Source of the DNA: Candidatus Nomurabacteria bacterium
GTDB lineage: Bacteria; Patescibacteriota; Patescibacteriia; HK-STAS-PATE-3
Length of the DNA stretch: 64,000 nucleotides
Reading direction: 5' to 3'
Assembly: GCA_023898465.1 (NCBI GenBank)
Contig: CP060223.1
Location: 352,001 to 416,000, forward strand
Made by a program: the position numbers and the translations under genes. Positions 28,565 through 39,087 of this stretch are shown piece after piece. The notes beneath the pieces are model-generated. The model was given only the letters and a program-made list of their open reading frames with translations. It did not search any database and was not told the origin of the DNA. Each line of letters begins with the position of its first letter. Position 1 is the first letter of the stretch.

Positions 28565-30502
28565 CTACTGCGAAGCCTCAATATTAGCGAAATATTCCTC
28601 ATATCCAGCTTGGGCAACCGGCAGAGCGGCTGCATGACCTTCGCCGCCCTTTTCCACCATTACCGTGATGACGATCTCAGGATTTTCATATGGGGCAAAT
28701 GAGGTAAACCAAGCGTGTGTTGCATTGGTAGTTGAGGAGAACTGAGCAGTACCGGTCTTAGCAGCAATTGCAACCGGCATACTATTGAGACGTACTGCGC
28801 TACCACTAGTAACGACAAGACGCATTCCCTCTCTGACAGCTTTTAGAGATGAGGCGCTTACTACATTTTGCCGCAGCACCTCAGGGTTAATGTGAGAGAG
28901 AAGATTACCTTCCGCGTCCAGCCAATCCATGGCAATCTGGGGTCGATAAAGCGTGCCGCCATTTGCAATTGCCGCAGTCGCGTTTGCAATTTGCAGTGGC
29001 GTGACAAGCACATCACCCTGACCAATGGCATAGTGATAGGTGTCGCCAATATACCATGGTTCATCCTTCACCTCTTCTTTCCATTCCGGGGTTGGTAAAA
29101 ATCCATCAGCTTCATTTGGCAGATCAATCCCAAGTCTTTGGTCGAAACCAAAGCGTTTGGTGTACTCATTGAGTCGGTCGATTCCTAAGCCGTCAATATC
29201 GCCATCACCACCACCAATGGTGTAAAAATAGGTATTCACTGAGTCGGCAATCGCCTTTGCTAAGTTTGTTGGACCGTGACCACCAGCTTTCCAGTCTGGG
29301 AAATACCATTTATCAATACGAATGCCACCAGAGCTTTGAATAATCGTTTGCGGTGTAACTATTCCCTCCTCTAAGGCTGCTGCTGCAATAACTGGCTTAA
29401 TAGTTGAGCCAGATGGGTACTCGCCCGAGATTGCGCGATTAAGTAGAGGTGTTTTAGGGTCGTTAATAAGTTGGCTATAGGCGTCAACGCTTATCCCCTG
29501 ACTAAAGGCATTAGCGTCAAAGCCAGGCGAGCTCACCATTGCGAGTACGTTTCCCGTGCGCGGATCCAAAGCTACTGCCGCACCGCCACTGGCGTTATTT
29601 TTATCGACACTTTCATTTAGGGCGTCTTGCAGTCGATTTTGCAAACCAATATCAATTGATGTACGAAGTGTTTTTCCGGGACTTGGGTCTTGGCTGGCTA
29701 TTAAACGCTTCTCGCGATTGAGATGATCCCGTTCAACTTGTCGATAGCCATGACGACCACGCAGTTCATCCTCGTAGTATTTTTCTAGACCGGTTTTCCC
29801 TGTGTAGTCGAGTCGACTATAGCTGGGATCCTCCTCCAGTTCCTGATCGCTAATTTTACCTACATAGCCGAGTATGTGCGAGGTGGAATTCGCATGATCG
29901 TATTCTCTGGCTGCTATAGTTTCAACCTCAATACCTGGATAAAGATAGTCTTCAGTGATAAGTTGAGCAGCTTGGGTATATGGCACACGTTCAGCAATTT
30001 CAATCGGCAGTCTGCTATAGAGCGTTTCATCGGTTAATTTCGAGCTAATATCCTCAAAAGGTATTTCCAGCATCTTCCCAATATGTGCAAGGAGCGCATT
30101 GCGCTCATCTTCTTTTTCAGGCAGATCAATTGGAATCATCACCACACTAAAGCTCGGCACGTTTTTTACAAGCTGTTCGCCATTACGATCCAAAATAAGT
30201 CCTCGCATAGCTGGTATACGCTCAGTGCGGATGCGATTGTTTTCCGCCTGATCAAGACGCTCGGCACCTTGAACTACCTGGAGACTAAAAGTGCGGATGG
30301 TCAGCAGAGAAATAAGCACCCCGACAAAAAGGAAAAGTATACGAAAATATCTTTGGGTCACCGAGTTCGGCACTCCAGATTCCTGACCACCTTGAATTAC
30401 CTCATCCACTGAAAAAGCGTTTGGTGAGGAACGGTTTACTCGACCGTATACGCGGGACGGTCCGACTGAGTCAATGAAAGGGTTGCTACGTAGTGAAGGC
30501 AT
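28565..30502 (-). CDS. mrdA: Penicillin-binding protein 2 (elongasome transpeptidase)
   Basis: N-terminal TM helix, dimerisation domain, and transpeptidase motifs SxxK (STIKP), SxN and KTGTA. Lies downstream of mreBCD. Confidence 0.85.
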   Translation of the reverse strand: MPSLRSNPFIDSVGPSRVYGRVNRSSPNAFSVDEVIQGGQESGVPNSVTQRYFRILFLFVGVLISLLTIRTFSLQVVQGAERLDQAENNRIRTERIPAMRGLILDRNGEQLVKNVPSFSVVMIPIDLPEKEDERNALLAHIGKMLEIPFEDISSKLTDETLYSRLPIEIAERVPYTQAAQLITEDYLYPGIEVETIAAREYDHANSTSHILGYVGKISDQELEEDPSYSRLDYTGKTGLEKYYEDELRGRHGYRQVERDHLNREKRLIASQDPSPGKTLRTSIDIGLQNRLQDALNESVDKNNASGGAAVALDPRTGNVLAMVSSPGFDANAFSQGISVDAYSQLINDPKTPLLNRAISGEYPSGSTIKPVIAAAALEEGIVTPQTIIQSSGGIRIDKWYFPDWKAGGHGPTNLAKAIADSVNTYFYTIGGGDGDIDGLGIDRLNEYTKRFGFDQRLGIDLPNEADGFLPTPEWKEEVKDEPWYIGDTYHYAIGQGDVLVTPLQIANATAAIANGGTLYRPQIAMDWLDAEGNLLSHINPEVLRQNVVSASSLKAVREGMRLVVTSGSAVRLNSMPVAIAAKTGTAQFSSTTNATHAWFTSFAPYENPEIVITVMVEKGGEGHAAALPVAQAGYEEYFANIEASQ

Positions 30503-31031
30503 GTGTACCAGTTAAGGGGTTACGTGCTTGCATACGATCTGGCCAAAGCATTTGGATAAAGCGATAACTGACCAGGGCGAAAAATACATTTTCCGCGATA
30601 CCAAGCAGCAAATATGACCACGCGGAAGGTGCAAAAACATCAGTTACATTGCTTTGGGTTAATAAACTGTAGCTGAAAAAGACCCCATAGGTCAAAAGTA
30701 TATAAGCAATACTACCAATAAGCGTGCAAGTCAGCACCAGTAGCCAGATTCGGTGAGTTCGCCAGGAGTTGGTGAGCAAAAAGCTCATAGTGCAACTAGC
30801 TGGAATAATAATGATATATTGAGCAGGAAAGGCGCTATAAAAATAGACGCTGAGCATCCAGCCGGTGATTAGGGCAACCGAGAGCGAGTGTCGAACTGAT
30901 ACGGTGAGTAATACTAAAGGAAAAACAAGCCAGAGTTGCAGTGGGTGTAGCCAGCTGGGTAGATAAGGTTGTGCGCTTAAGGAAAAAACGACCAACCCAA
31001 GCGCAATTATGACTATGAGACTATTCTTCAT
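30486..31031 (-). CDS. mreD: Rod-shape protein MreD (assigned by position)
   Basis: 181-aa polytopic membrane protein between mreC and PBP2, overlapping both. Confidence 0.5.
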   Translation of the reverse strand: MKNSLIVIIALGLVVFSLSAQPYLPSWLHPLQLWLVFPLVLLTVSVRHSLSVALITGWMLSVYFYSAFPAQYIIIIPASCTMSFLLTNSWRTHRIWLLVLTCTLIGSIAYILLTYGVFFSYSLLTQSNVTDVFAPSAWSYLLLGIAENVFFALVSYRFIQMLWPDRMQARNPLTGTHAFTT

Positions 31032-31845
31032 CTGTGCTTGGTCCTTGGACTACTGATACTAATTGTAGCCGATCAAGTGAAACTGGGTAGCGTATGCTGG
31101 CACTTTGAAATAGATTCGTGGCAGTTGAGCTGACATCGCCAACCGTACCAATCAGTAATCCACGAGGGACTCCGGCTTCTAGTCCAGCGGTTACGATGCT
31201 TTGTCCAAACTCGATTGGTTCATCTTGCGGCACAGTGGTAAGCCGAAGTGCGAGTCCCCTTTCACCGATTACAATTCCAGGAGAGTTAAACTCATTCTGT
31301 ACTTCTACTGATATTTTACTGCGTCGGTCAGTCACCAAGAGGACTTGAGCAGTGTTACTTGTTGTAGAAGAAACACGACCGATCACAATGCCGTCCTCCA
31401 CTACAACAACTTGACCAACAAATACACCGGAAGATTGCCCACGGTTAATAATAATAATTTGTGCACTAGGGTCTAAACTGCGACCAATAACGCGCGTGAC
31501 CTGGAAACGTAGGTTTTTAGTGCTTAGTAACTGTGATTGTTCATTTGCGCTGGCTTGGTCACGGAGCAAAGAACGCAGCTCTGCATTTTCTACCAACAAG
31601 GAATTCCGCTCTTCTTCGAGCTGGGCCACCTGGAACTGGAGGTCCCCTGTTACGCCTTTTGGTTGGAACCAGGATTGAATACCAGCCGCCATAGAGGCGC
31701 TTGCTTCTTGAATCGGATTAATAATAGCCGAGGTTAAAGATCGAAAAGGTTTACCAAAACCAAAAGCATCAAGCACTACCAAAAGAAGAATAGCTACCAG
31801 AAAAAGTAGCGTAAAACTTCTGGCTGAGAGACGACGCTGTGACAT
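31021..31845 (-). CDS. mreC: Rod-shape protein MreC
   Basis: N-terminal TM helix, coiled coil, and beta-rich C-domain (…GLLIGTV…). Lies 2 nt after mreB. Confidence 0.75.
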   Translation of the reverse strand: MSQRRLSARSFTLLFLVAILLLVVLDAFGFGKPFRSLTSAIINPIQEASASMAAGIQSWFQPKGVTGDLQFQVAQLEEERNSLLVENAELRSLLRDQASANEQSQLLSTKNLRFQVTRVIGRSLDPSAQIIIINRGQSSGVFVGQVVVVEDGIVIGRVSSTTSNTAQVLLVTDRRSKISVEVQNEFNSPGIVIGERGLALRLTTVPQDEPIEFGQSIVTAGLEAGVPRGLLIGTVGDVSSTATNLFQSASIRYPVSLDRLQLVSVVQGPSTDEE

Positions 31846-31846
31846 A

Positions 31847-32905
31847 CTACTTAATTAAGACGTTTTCGTCTTGGGTTGAGAGCACGAGTACTTTACGTAG
31901 CGCATCAAGATCTTCCAAAACTATACCGGTCCCACGTACTACCGTAGTAAGTGGGTCATCGGCAATATGAACTGGAATGCGTGCCTCTCGTTGAATTGAT
32001 TGATCTAAGCCTCGGAGTAAGGCGCCGCCACCAGAGAGGATAATACCTCGCTCGTAAATATCAGCTACTAACTCAGGCGGAGTACTTTCAATCGTAGTTT
32101 TAATTGCATCGATAATCATACGCACAGAGCGTTGAGTAGCTTCTAAAATATGTTGACTACTTACAGTGACCTCGCGAGGTAATCCACTAATCAAGTCGCG
32201 TCCCCGCATTTTTGTTTCTCGCTCTTCCACCTTCTCATTTGCTGCGCCAATGGCAATTTTAATATCCTCAGCAGTTCGTTCACCGAGAAGCAGATTAAAA
32301 TGATCGCGGGCGTAATTAATGATGTTCTCATTTAGTTCGTCGCCGGCTATACGCAGAGATTTCCAAGCCACCACACCACCTAGCGCAATGACTGCAATCT
32401 CCGTAGTTCCACCGCCAATATCGACGACCATATTTCCCGAAGGGTCTTGTATAGGCAGTCGTGATCCAATCGCTGCCGCCATTGGTTCTTCAATAAGATA
32501 CACTTCACGTGCGCCAGCTGAGAGAGTGGCGTCTTCAACTGCTTTACGCTCCACTTCTGTTACACCGAGCGGAATGCCAATAACTACGCGTGGGCGCGGT
32601 AAAAGCCCAGAGTTTTCTCGGTGCACTTTTTGGATAAAGTGCTTTAACATTTTTTCAGTAACTTCGAAGTCGGAAATTACACCGTCAACCAGAGGCCGAG
32701 TAGCTACAATGTGCCCAGGTGTTTTTCCTACCATTTTACGCGCCTCATCACCTACAGCAAGAATTTGATCGGTGCGGGTGTTGATGGCAACTACCGAAGG
32801 TTCGTTGATGACAATTCCCTTGTCTCGTACGTACACAAGCGTATTTGAGGTGCCGAGATCGATTCCCATGTCGCGGGAAAAACGACCAAAGATTCTATTG
32901 AGCAT
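31847..32905 (-). CDS. mreB: Actin-like rod-shape protein MreB
   Basis: MGIDLGTSNTLVYV…DIGGGTTEIAVI…ILSGGGALLRGLD are the MreB/actin-fold phosphate and adenosine motifs. Confidence 0.9.
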   Translation of the reverse strand: MLNRIFGRFSRDMGIDLGTSNTLVYVRDKGIVINEPSVVAINTRTDQILAVGDEARKMVGKTPGHIVATRPLVDGVISDFEVTEKMLKHFIQKVHRENSGLLPRPRVVIGIPLGVTEVERKAVEDATLSAGAREVYLIEEPMAAAIGSRLPIQDPSGNMVVDIGGGTTEIAVIALGGVVAWKSLRIAGDELNENIINYARDHFNLLLGERTAEDIKIAIGAANEKVEERETKMRGRDLISGLPREVTVSSQHILEATQRSVRMIIDAIKTTIESTPPELVADIYERGIILSGGGALLRGLDQSIQREARIPVHIADDPLTTVVRGTGIVLEDLDALRKVLVLSTQDENVLIK

Positions 32906-32907
32906 GC

Positions 32908-34191
32908 TTATCCTTTCTCCCCACTCAAGGTGTGCAAGATGTCCTGTGGCGAGAGAAGTTGACTGTCTTTCTCATCACGTTTTTTTACCTCGACCTTGTC
33001 ACCTGTCTTTGCTGAAACGAGTAATCGATATGGTATCCCCAGCAGATCCGAATCATTTAACTTCTCGCCGGCCGATGCATTGCGGTCATCATAGAGGACA
33101 GTTTTACCTGCATTGAGAAGTAAGGTAATGAGGGTTTCCGTTGCAGAGTTAATCTCTGGTGTATTGCCTAATTGCACAACGTGGAAGTCAAAAGGTGCTA
33201 CGGACAAGGGCCAGCGAATACCTTTTTCATCATTGTGTACTTCAACAATGGTCCCAATTAAACGCGAAACGCCAATACCATAGGAAGCCATGATAATAGG
33301 CATCTTTTTACCTTCCTCATTCACGAAATGAGCTCCGATGCCATCGCTGTATTTTGTGCCAAGCTTGAAAATATTACCTACCTCAATAGCTCGGCTAATC
33401 TGGATGCGATCCTCTGGATTATTTGGACAAGGATTACCCTCTTTTACCTTTGCGATTTCTTTATTTTGCGCAAAAGTACAATTAGGGCAGTAAAATATAT
33501 GATCTTCACCTGCTTCGGTGAGCACCTGGAACTCGTGTGAGTATTCTTTAGTAAAGTCACCGCCGGATGCTTCAACAATTTTTGCATCCAGGCCACATCG
33601 GGTAAACACATTGAGATAAGCAGTTTTCACTCTCTCATAGTATGCATTCATATCATCTTCACTGGTATGCAAGCTATAGAGATCCTTCATGCTAAATTCC
33701 CTGCCACGATTCAAACCAGACTTTGGTCGAGCTTCGTGACGAAACTTTGTTTGAATCTGATACAGCGCAACAGGTAAATCCTTATATGATTTTACAAATT
33801 GCCGAGCGAGTTCAGCAATGACTTCCTCGTGTGTTACACCTAGGCCTACGTGCTTTTCAGAATGATCGAGGAACTGATACATGACAGGTTTCAGTCCTTC
33901 CCATCGACCAGTTTTATCCCACAGCTCTTTTGGTTGAAGGGCCGGCATGAGCACTTCTTGTCCATCAACCGCATTCATCTCTTCTCGGATGATGGTTTCA
34001 ATCTTCCGAAGCACACGCAAACCAAGCGGAAGATAGCTATATGCTCCAGCCATGTGCTTGCGAATAAAAGCTCCCTGCTCTAGCAAGCGGGCATTAATAC
34101 TTTCCTCGCCTCTTGGCGCTTCACGTAATGTGGTGCCAAAGAGTTGAGACTGTCGAACAAGGTTAGGAACCGAAGCTTTGGAAGAAATCAC
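32908..34191 (-). CDS. proS: Prolyl-tRNA synthetase, short form without an editing insertion
   Basis: Class II core with a ProRS N-terminus (…AGAYSYLPLGLRVLRKIE…). At 427 aa it has no INS domain. Confidence 0.85.
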   Translation of the reverse strand: MISSKASVPNLVRQSQLFGTTLREAPRGEESINARLLEQGAFIRKHMAGAYSYLPLGLRVLRKIETIIREEMNAVDGQEVLMPALQPKELWDKTGRWEGLKPVMYQFLDHSEKHVGLGVTHEEVIAELARQFVKSYKDLPVALYQIQTKFRHEARPKSGLNRGREFSMKDLYSLHTSEDDMNAYYERVKTAYLNVFTRCGLDAKIVEASGGDFTKEYSHEFQVLTEAGEDHIFYCPNCTFAQNKEIAKVKEGNPCPNNPEDRIQISRAIEVGNIFKLGTKYSDGIGAHFVNEEGKKMPIIMASYGIGVSRLIGTIVEVHNDEKGIRWPLSVAPFDFHVVQLGNTPEINSATETLITLLLNAGKTVLYDDRNASAGEKLNDSDLLGIPYRLLVSAKTGDKVEVKKRDEKDSQLLSPQDILHTLSGEKG

Positions 34192-35281
34192 GGACGCGAT
34201 CTCCGATGTTAAAACGATTAATGTCTTGAATGCTAATAACTAGAATAAAAAGAATGAGGGCATAAAAACCTATCGTATGCACTAGACCCTCAACTTTTGG
34301 ACTGACTGCTTTGCCACGCACTTTTTCGAGAAGAACAAAGAAAACTCTTCCACCGTCTAAAGCTGGAATTGGAAGAATATTCATCACTGCTAAGCTAAGC
34401 GATAGCACCGCAGTGAACTGAAGGACATAGACGAAACCAAGTTTAGCTACCTGCCCAGTCACAACAGCGATACCAATCGGGCCTGCCACGTCAGGTGAAA
34501 CCATTCCCTGAGTAAATAGGAGCTTAAAGAGCTCAAAAAGCGATACGATAATTAGCCAGAGCAGCTGTAGCGTATACCAAGGACCCAACCAAAGTGCTTG
34601 ATACCATGGGTAGCGTACGAGACCGGTTTCGGCGGCCGCTACACCAATCTTCGGCGTCGTATCACCCTCGGCGATCTCAGGAGTTACCGTGAGTGTTTTA
34701 CTTTCATTTTCATGCGAATACTGCAGTTCGAGCGCTTCAATAGGTTCTTGTGAGGTGGCGGCCTGGAGATCGCTCACCGTGCGTATTTCCTGACCGTTAA
34801 TTTTTTCAATAACGTCATTCACAGCTAAGCCAGCTTTTTCGGCTGGTGATCCTTCGACTACCGTCACAATCTGTAGCTTATGATCAGAAACCTGACCACC
34901 TGATGCGAGCTGGTCTTGATCTAAAGCGGATGGAATACCAATCCCAAAGGCTATACTGAGTAATACCGCCGCAGTAATTACGTTCATGAGTACGCCCGCC
35001 GAGAGGATGACGACGCGTTTCCAAGGTGCTTGGGCTACGAAGCTATCAGGATCGACATTTTCGCCAGACTCCCCTTTTAAGCGTACGAAGCCACCAAATG
35101 GTATCCAGTTAATCGAATAAATAGTATCGCCACGTCGGATTCCGGCAATGCGAGGCGGGAAACCAAAACCAAATTCCTCAACCTTTACACCTAGTTTACG
35201 AGCAGCGCTGAAGTGTCCAAATTCATGAACAAAGACGACTACACTAAATACGACGATAAATACGATGAGGGTAAGTAACAT
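34163..35281 (-). CDS. rseP: RIP zinc metalloprotease RseP (site-2 protease)
   Basis: HEFGHF in TM1, a PDZ domain, and a C-terminal LDGG region. Confidence 0.8.
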   Translation of the reverse strand: MLLTLIVFIVVFSVVVFVHEFGHFSAARKLGVKVEEFGFGFPPRIAGIRRGDTIYSINWIPFGGFVRLKGESGENVDPDSFVAQAPWKRVVILSAGVLMNVITAAVLLSIAFGIGIPSALDQDQLASGGQVSDHKLQIVTVVEGSPAEKAGLAVNDVIEKINGQEIRTVSDLQAATSQEPIEALELQYSHENESKTLTVTPEIAEGDTTPKIGVAAAETGLVRYPWYQALWLGPWYTLQLLWLIIVSLFELFKLLFTQGMVSPDVAGPIGIAVVTGQVAKLGFVYVLQFTAVLSLSLAVMNILPIPALDGGRVFFVLLEKVRGKAVSPKVEGLVHTIGFYALILFILVISIQDINRFNIGDRVRDFFQSFGS

Positions 35282-35284
35282 AGC

Positions 35285-35830
35285 TTATACAGTCATTATT
35301 TCTTCTTCTTTTGCTTTGGCTAAGTCGCGTAATTGCGTGTGAAATTTTTGCAGTGATTCTTGCAGCTCTTTTTCCTGCCGTTCAACAATGTCTTCTGAGA
35401 GTGAACCCTCTTTTCCTTGATCACGCCAAGTTCGCAATACTTCTTCGCGGGTTTTTTTCATTGCCACCTTTGCCTCTTCTTCAAACTGCACCACAACTTT
35501 CAACAGCTCTTTACGACGCTCTTCAGTTAATTCAGGTAATGGTAAGCGAATAGTTGTGCCATCGAGGCTAGGTTGTAGCCCAAGCGGTGAAGCCTTAATG
35601 GCCTTTTCAATTTCCTGGACCATTGAAGCATCCCAGGGTTGGATGACTATTAAACGAGGCTCAGGCGCGGAAATATTTGCCAATTGCTGCAGAGGCATAT
35701 TTGAACCGTAAGCTTCAACTTTTAGATTTTCCACTAGGGCCGGATTTGCTCGGCCGGTTCGCAATGTTGCTAATTGCGATTTATAGAAATCAAGTGCTTT
35801 TTGAAATTTTTCTGTATAGGTGTCGGACAT
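35285..35830 (-). CDS. frr: Ribosome recycling factor
   Basis: Full-length RRF pattern (…LRTGRANPALVENLKVEAYG…). Confidence 0.9.
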   Translation of the reverse strand: MSDTYTEKFQKALDFYKSQLATLRTGRANPALVENLKVEAYGSNMPLQQLANISAPEPRLIVIQPWDASMVQEIEKAIKASPLGLQPSLDGTTIRLPLPELTEERRKELLKVVVQFEEEAKVAMKKTREEVLRTWRDQGKEGSLSEDIVERQEKELQESLQKFHTQLRDLAKAKEEEIMTV

Positions 35831-35831
35831 A

Positions 35832-36899
35832 TTATTTCTCTACAAAAAGTGTACCAATAAAGTGTTGATCTGGACGTTGAGGATGAATCGCATATACCGT
35901 GACAAGTCGACTGGTGGGAATAGTAACTACTTCCCAAGTAGCTCCGGCGTCTTTGCTGATATGCAATTTATTTTCTGTTGTGAAGAAAATATTATTTGAG
36001 TTGCGCGGGTCAACATGCACAGTACGTATCACCAGTGTGTTATTAGGCACCAAAGTTTGCATTGCCTCCCAATTACTACCAAGGTCATTTGAACGAAGCA
36101 GGCCATAGTTGGTAGCGATATATATGCGTGATGCTTGTTGTGTGTCGAATGCTAATGCGTTTACCACATTTGCACCGTTAAATTGCATTAGGTTTTCTTG
36201 CAAAGGAGTCCAGGTTAATCCTGCATCGCCGGAACGTTGTAGATACTTCTTATCCACAATAGCCATGAGTATTGTTGCATCATTTGGATGCATGTAGAGC
36301 TGATTAACTGCGCTTTGGAAAATGTGAAGCACGTGCCAGGTCTGACCACGATCGAGACTTTCAAGAATCACTCCACCCGTGTTGCTGGCGTAGATGTGAT
36401 CGGCATTATTTGGTTCAATAACAATGCTGGTAATAACAAGCTGCTCACGTGATTCTGTATACACGCGATCCCAGGTAATTCCACCGTCAAAGCTTTTTTC
36501 AATATGAGGTCCGTAGCCAGCATAGAGGACTTCCGGCTCCTCCGGGTCGATTGCTAAGGCAATAACGTTACCATCTTGGCGTCCAGTTACCTGCCAGCGC
36601 TCGCCTGCATCTTCAGTTCGATAAAGACCGTTTCCACGGGTGCCATAGTAAATGGTGTCTGGGTCAGATGGGTGAAAGACAAATATGCCGCCATTCGCTT
36701 TCTCAATGGTGACCAGCTTTTTATCAACCGTGCCGATGATGGCTTTTTGCTCCCAAGTTTGACCCTGATCATCGCTACGAAAAGCTCCACCGTCTGCTTG
36801 TTTTGAGGGTCCAAAAATTGTGCAACTCTGTCCAGTGAGTGCAATAATGGAAAGTAATCCAATAGAGAGAAGTGTGGTGCGTAGTAGAGATTTAGACAT
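35832..36899 (-). CDS. Secreted BNR/Asp-box repeat beta-propeller protein (Ycf48/sortilin-like)
   Basis: The start is reset to the ATG after the holB stop. Signal peptide. Seven S-x-D-x-G-x-T/N-W repeats are present (SDDQGQTW, TEDAGERW, SFDGGITW, SLDRGQTW, SGDAGLTW, SNDLGSNW, SKDAGATW). Confidence 0.7.
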   Translation of the reverse strand: MSKSLLRTTLLSIGLLSIIALTGQSCTIFGPSKQADGGAFRSDDQGQTWEQKAIIGTVDKKLVTIEKANGGIFVFHPSDPDTIYYGTRGNGLYRTEDAGERWQVTGRQDGNVIALAIDPEEPEVLYAGYGPHIEKSFDGGITWDRVYTESREQLVITSIVIEPNNADHIYASNTGGVILESLDRGQTWHVLHIFQSAVNQLYMHPNDATILMAIVDKKYLQRSGDAGLTWTPLQENLMQFNGANVVNALAFDTQQASRIYIATNYGLLRSNDLGSNWEAMQTLVPNNTLVIRTVHVDPRNSNNIFFTTENKLHISKDAGATWEVVTIPTSRLVTVYAIHPQRPDQHFIGTLFVEK

Positions 36900-37863
36900 A
36901 GGTGAGAAGTAAATCCTCGAGTAAAAGTGCTGCTTGAGTGTTTTGTCGTAATAGTTTTTGACCCTGAAGCGCTTTGCGCACATGTTTCACTCGATGTGCC
37001 TGAAGTTTTTGTCCAGTCTGGTCTTTTTGAAAGAGTCGATTTTTTTCGTCGAGTACGAGATAGTGGAGAAATCGTGCAGCAATCTCTTGCTTTTCAGAGA
37101 ATTCTTTCACGCCCTTGAAAAGAGTCGTAACAAATTGGTGTTTTTCATGAAGCGACTGAGTGCGTAGTTGGCGAATATTCTCGAGCAGTTGTTCAGCTGC
37201 ATCTAGTGCCTCACTGTCATTTACCCAGTCGGTAAGTAGTCCAGGACGACCTTCTGCTAAAGCGACAATATCACGCGTGCGCTTCTTCTCAGAGAAATGT
37301 TCAAGTAAATGTTCTTCAAGTTGAGCATCTTTACTTCCCTGCAAAGGAATTTGCTGACAGCGAGATCGAAGCGTGCTAAGGAGGAGCTGTGGGTGTGAGC
37401 TAGTGCAGAGAAAAAGTGTTTTTGGCGGCGCATCCTCAAATGCCTTGAGTAATGCATTCATAGCCGATTCAGAAAGTGCATCTATATCACTCATGAGTAC
37501 AACACGGTGTTTTGCTCGTAAGGGACTTTGTTGTGCTGCTTGCACTATTTTTCGTACATCTTCAACACCTGAAAACTCAGCAGCAGAAAATCCAACAAAG
37601 TCAGTGTGGGAACTTAATTCTGTTGAGCTTACGATTGGCCATGGTAGCGTAGCCTCCATATCGTTAAGGATATGATGGGCAAAGATTTGAGCTAGCGTGG
37701 TTTTGCCTACTTGAGCGGGTCCGGTAAAAAGGTAGGCGTGATGTAAGGAGCCTGACTGCTGGACATTTTGCAAATACTGACAAACCTGCTCGTTCCCTAT
37801 AAAGTGCGGGAATGACCAGTTGGCGTTTTTTTGCGCCCGCTTAGGAGTTTTTTTCTTCATCAA
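36892..37863 (-). CDS. holB: DNA polymerase III delta' subunit
   Basis: AAA+ clamp-loader Walker A GPAQVGKTT and SRC-like SRCQ motif. Confidence 0.75.
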   Translation of the reverse strand: MMKKKTPKRAQKNANWSFPHFIGNEQVCQYLQNVQQSGSLHHAYLFTGPAQVGKTTLAQIFAHHILNDMEATLPWPIVSSTELSSHTDFVGFSAAEFSGVEDVRKIVQAAQQSPLRAKHRVVLMSDIDALSESAMNALLKAFEDAPPKTLFLCTSSHPQLLLSTLRSRCQQIPLQGSKDAQLEEHLLEHFSEKKRTRDIVALAEGRPGLLTDWVNDSEALDAAEQLLENIRQLRTQSLHEKHQFVTTLFKGVKEFSEKQEIAARFLHYLVLDEKNRLFQKDQTGQKLQAHRVKHVRKALQGQKLLRQNTQAALLLEDLLLTYV

Positions 37864-37902
37864 AGCGAATCGACTCTACCATATCAGGGGCTTTTTCGCA
37901 AG

Positions 37903-39087
37903 CTACATTTGCTCAATTAGGTCTCGTATTTGTTGACCTGTTTTTTGCCAGCTAAAGCCTTTTACTTGTTGGAACCCCTTTTCACGCAATTGTTCGCGCA
38001 GCTCGCTTGAACCATTCACATCCTTTAGTGCCTGGGCGATGCTCTCTGGTGTATCATCTCTCAAATAGTAAGCTGCATTGCCAGCCACTTCAGGCAAAGA
38101 CGCAAATTTTGAGCATATCACTGGCACGCCGAGCGCCATGGCCTCTAAAACCGGTAATCCAAAGCCTTCGTATTTACTTGGGAAAAGGAGCATGCGGGCT
38201 CCAGCCATAATTTGCGGAACTTCCTCGTGTACTCGCTCAAGTAAAAAGATTTGTTTCCGCGTTTCTTCATCAAGTGCAGCCCAGGCTTCGTCAAAGCCCG
38301 TACCCGGCTTGCCAATCAAGACAAGATGCTGATCTTTGTTTTCTTTTTGAAATTGTGCAAAACCGCGCAAAAGTCCATCTATGTTTTTTTTCTTTTCCCA
38401 ACGCCCAATAAAAAATACATATGATTCAGGAAGCGCATATGTGTGACGCGTTTGCGCAATCTCTTCTTCTGAATAAGTCTTTGCGTAATCAGGGTGTAAG
38501 CCATTATGAATAACCCGAATGCGCTCTTTAGGAAAAGGAAAAAAGTGGCAAATTTCATCGCGGGAGAAATTCGAAACGGTCAGGATCTCGCCTCCATGTT
38601 GTAACGCCATGCGGACACTAAAGCGGTGATAATCTAGCTCGTTGTTTCCGTAGCGTCCTAGTGAGAAAAGTCGCACAAAAAAACTAAAGAGGTAGCGCAA
38701 TACTCCTCTTTTTGGCCCAATGGGATGCTGCGCATAAAGTTCTGGAAAGCGTTCAAATCCCACGTCATGAATAGTCGTGATAAGTTTTTTGGGATGGATA
38801 AACGGAATTGTATGAGCAGGTACAAAAAGTATCTCAGGTTTATTCCAAAACATTTCCCAAGATAGCCGGAAGAGATTCCAAAGAAATTTTGGCGGCCATT
38901 TTAGCACTCGTATCTCAGCTTTTTCAGCCAGATAGTGCATATCAGCAACTAGGGGCTCCTTCACATACAGTACGTAGCTATTTTTTGTATCTTGCTCAAG
39001 TAACTCCTTGATAACAAAAAACGAGTACCATTCTGTGCCGGTACGGTGGAGCGTATTGGCGCGAGATGCATCAATACCGATTCGCAT
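37903..39087 (-). CDS. GT4-family glycosyltransferase
   Basis: C-terminal EX7E-type motif EGFGLPVLEAMALGVPVICS. Confidence 0.8.
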   Translation of the reverse strand: MRIGIDASRANTLHRTGTEWYSFFVIKELLEQDTKNSYVLYVKEPLVADMHYLAEKAEIRVLKWPPKFLWNLFRLSWEMFWNKPEILFVPAHTIPFIHPKKLITTIHDVGFERFPELYAQHPIGPKRGVLRYLFSFFVRLFSLGRYGNNELDYHRFSVRMALQHGGEILTVSNFSRDEICHFFPFPKERIRVIHNGLHPDYAKTYSEEEIAQTRHTYALPESYVFFIGRWEKKKNIDGLLRGFAQFQKENKDQHLVLIGKPGTGFDEAWAALDEETRKQIFLLERVHEEVPQIMAGARMLLFPSKYEGFGLPVLEAMALGVPVICSKFASLPEVAGNAAYYLRDDTPESIAQALKDVNGSSELREQLREKGFQQVKGFSWQKTGQQIRDLIEQM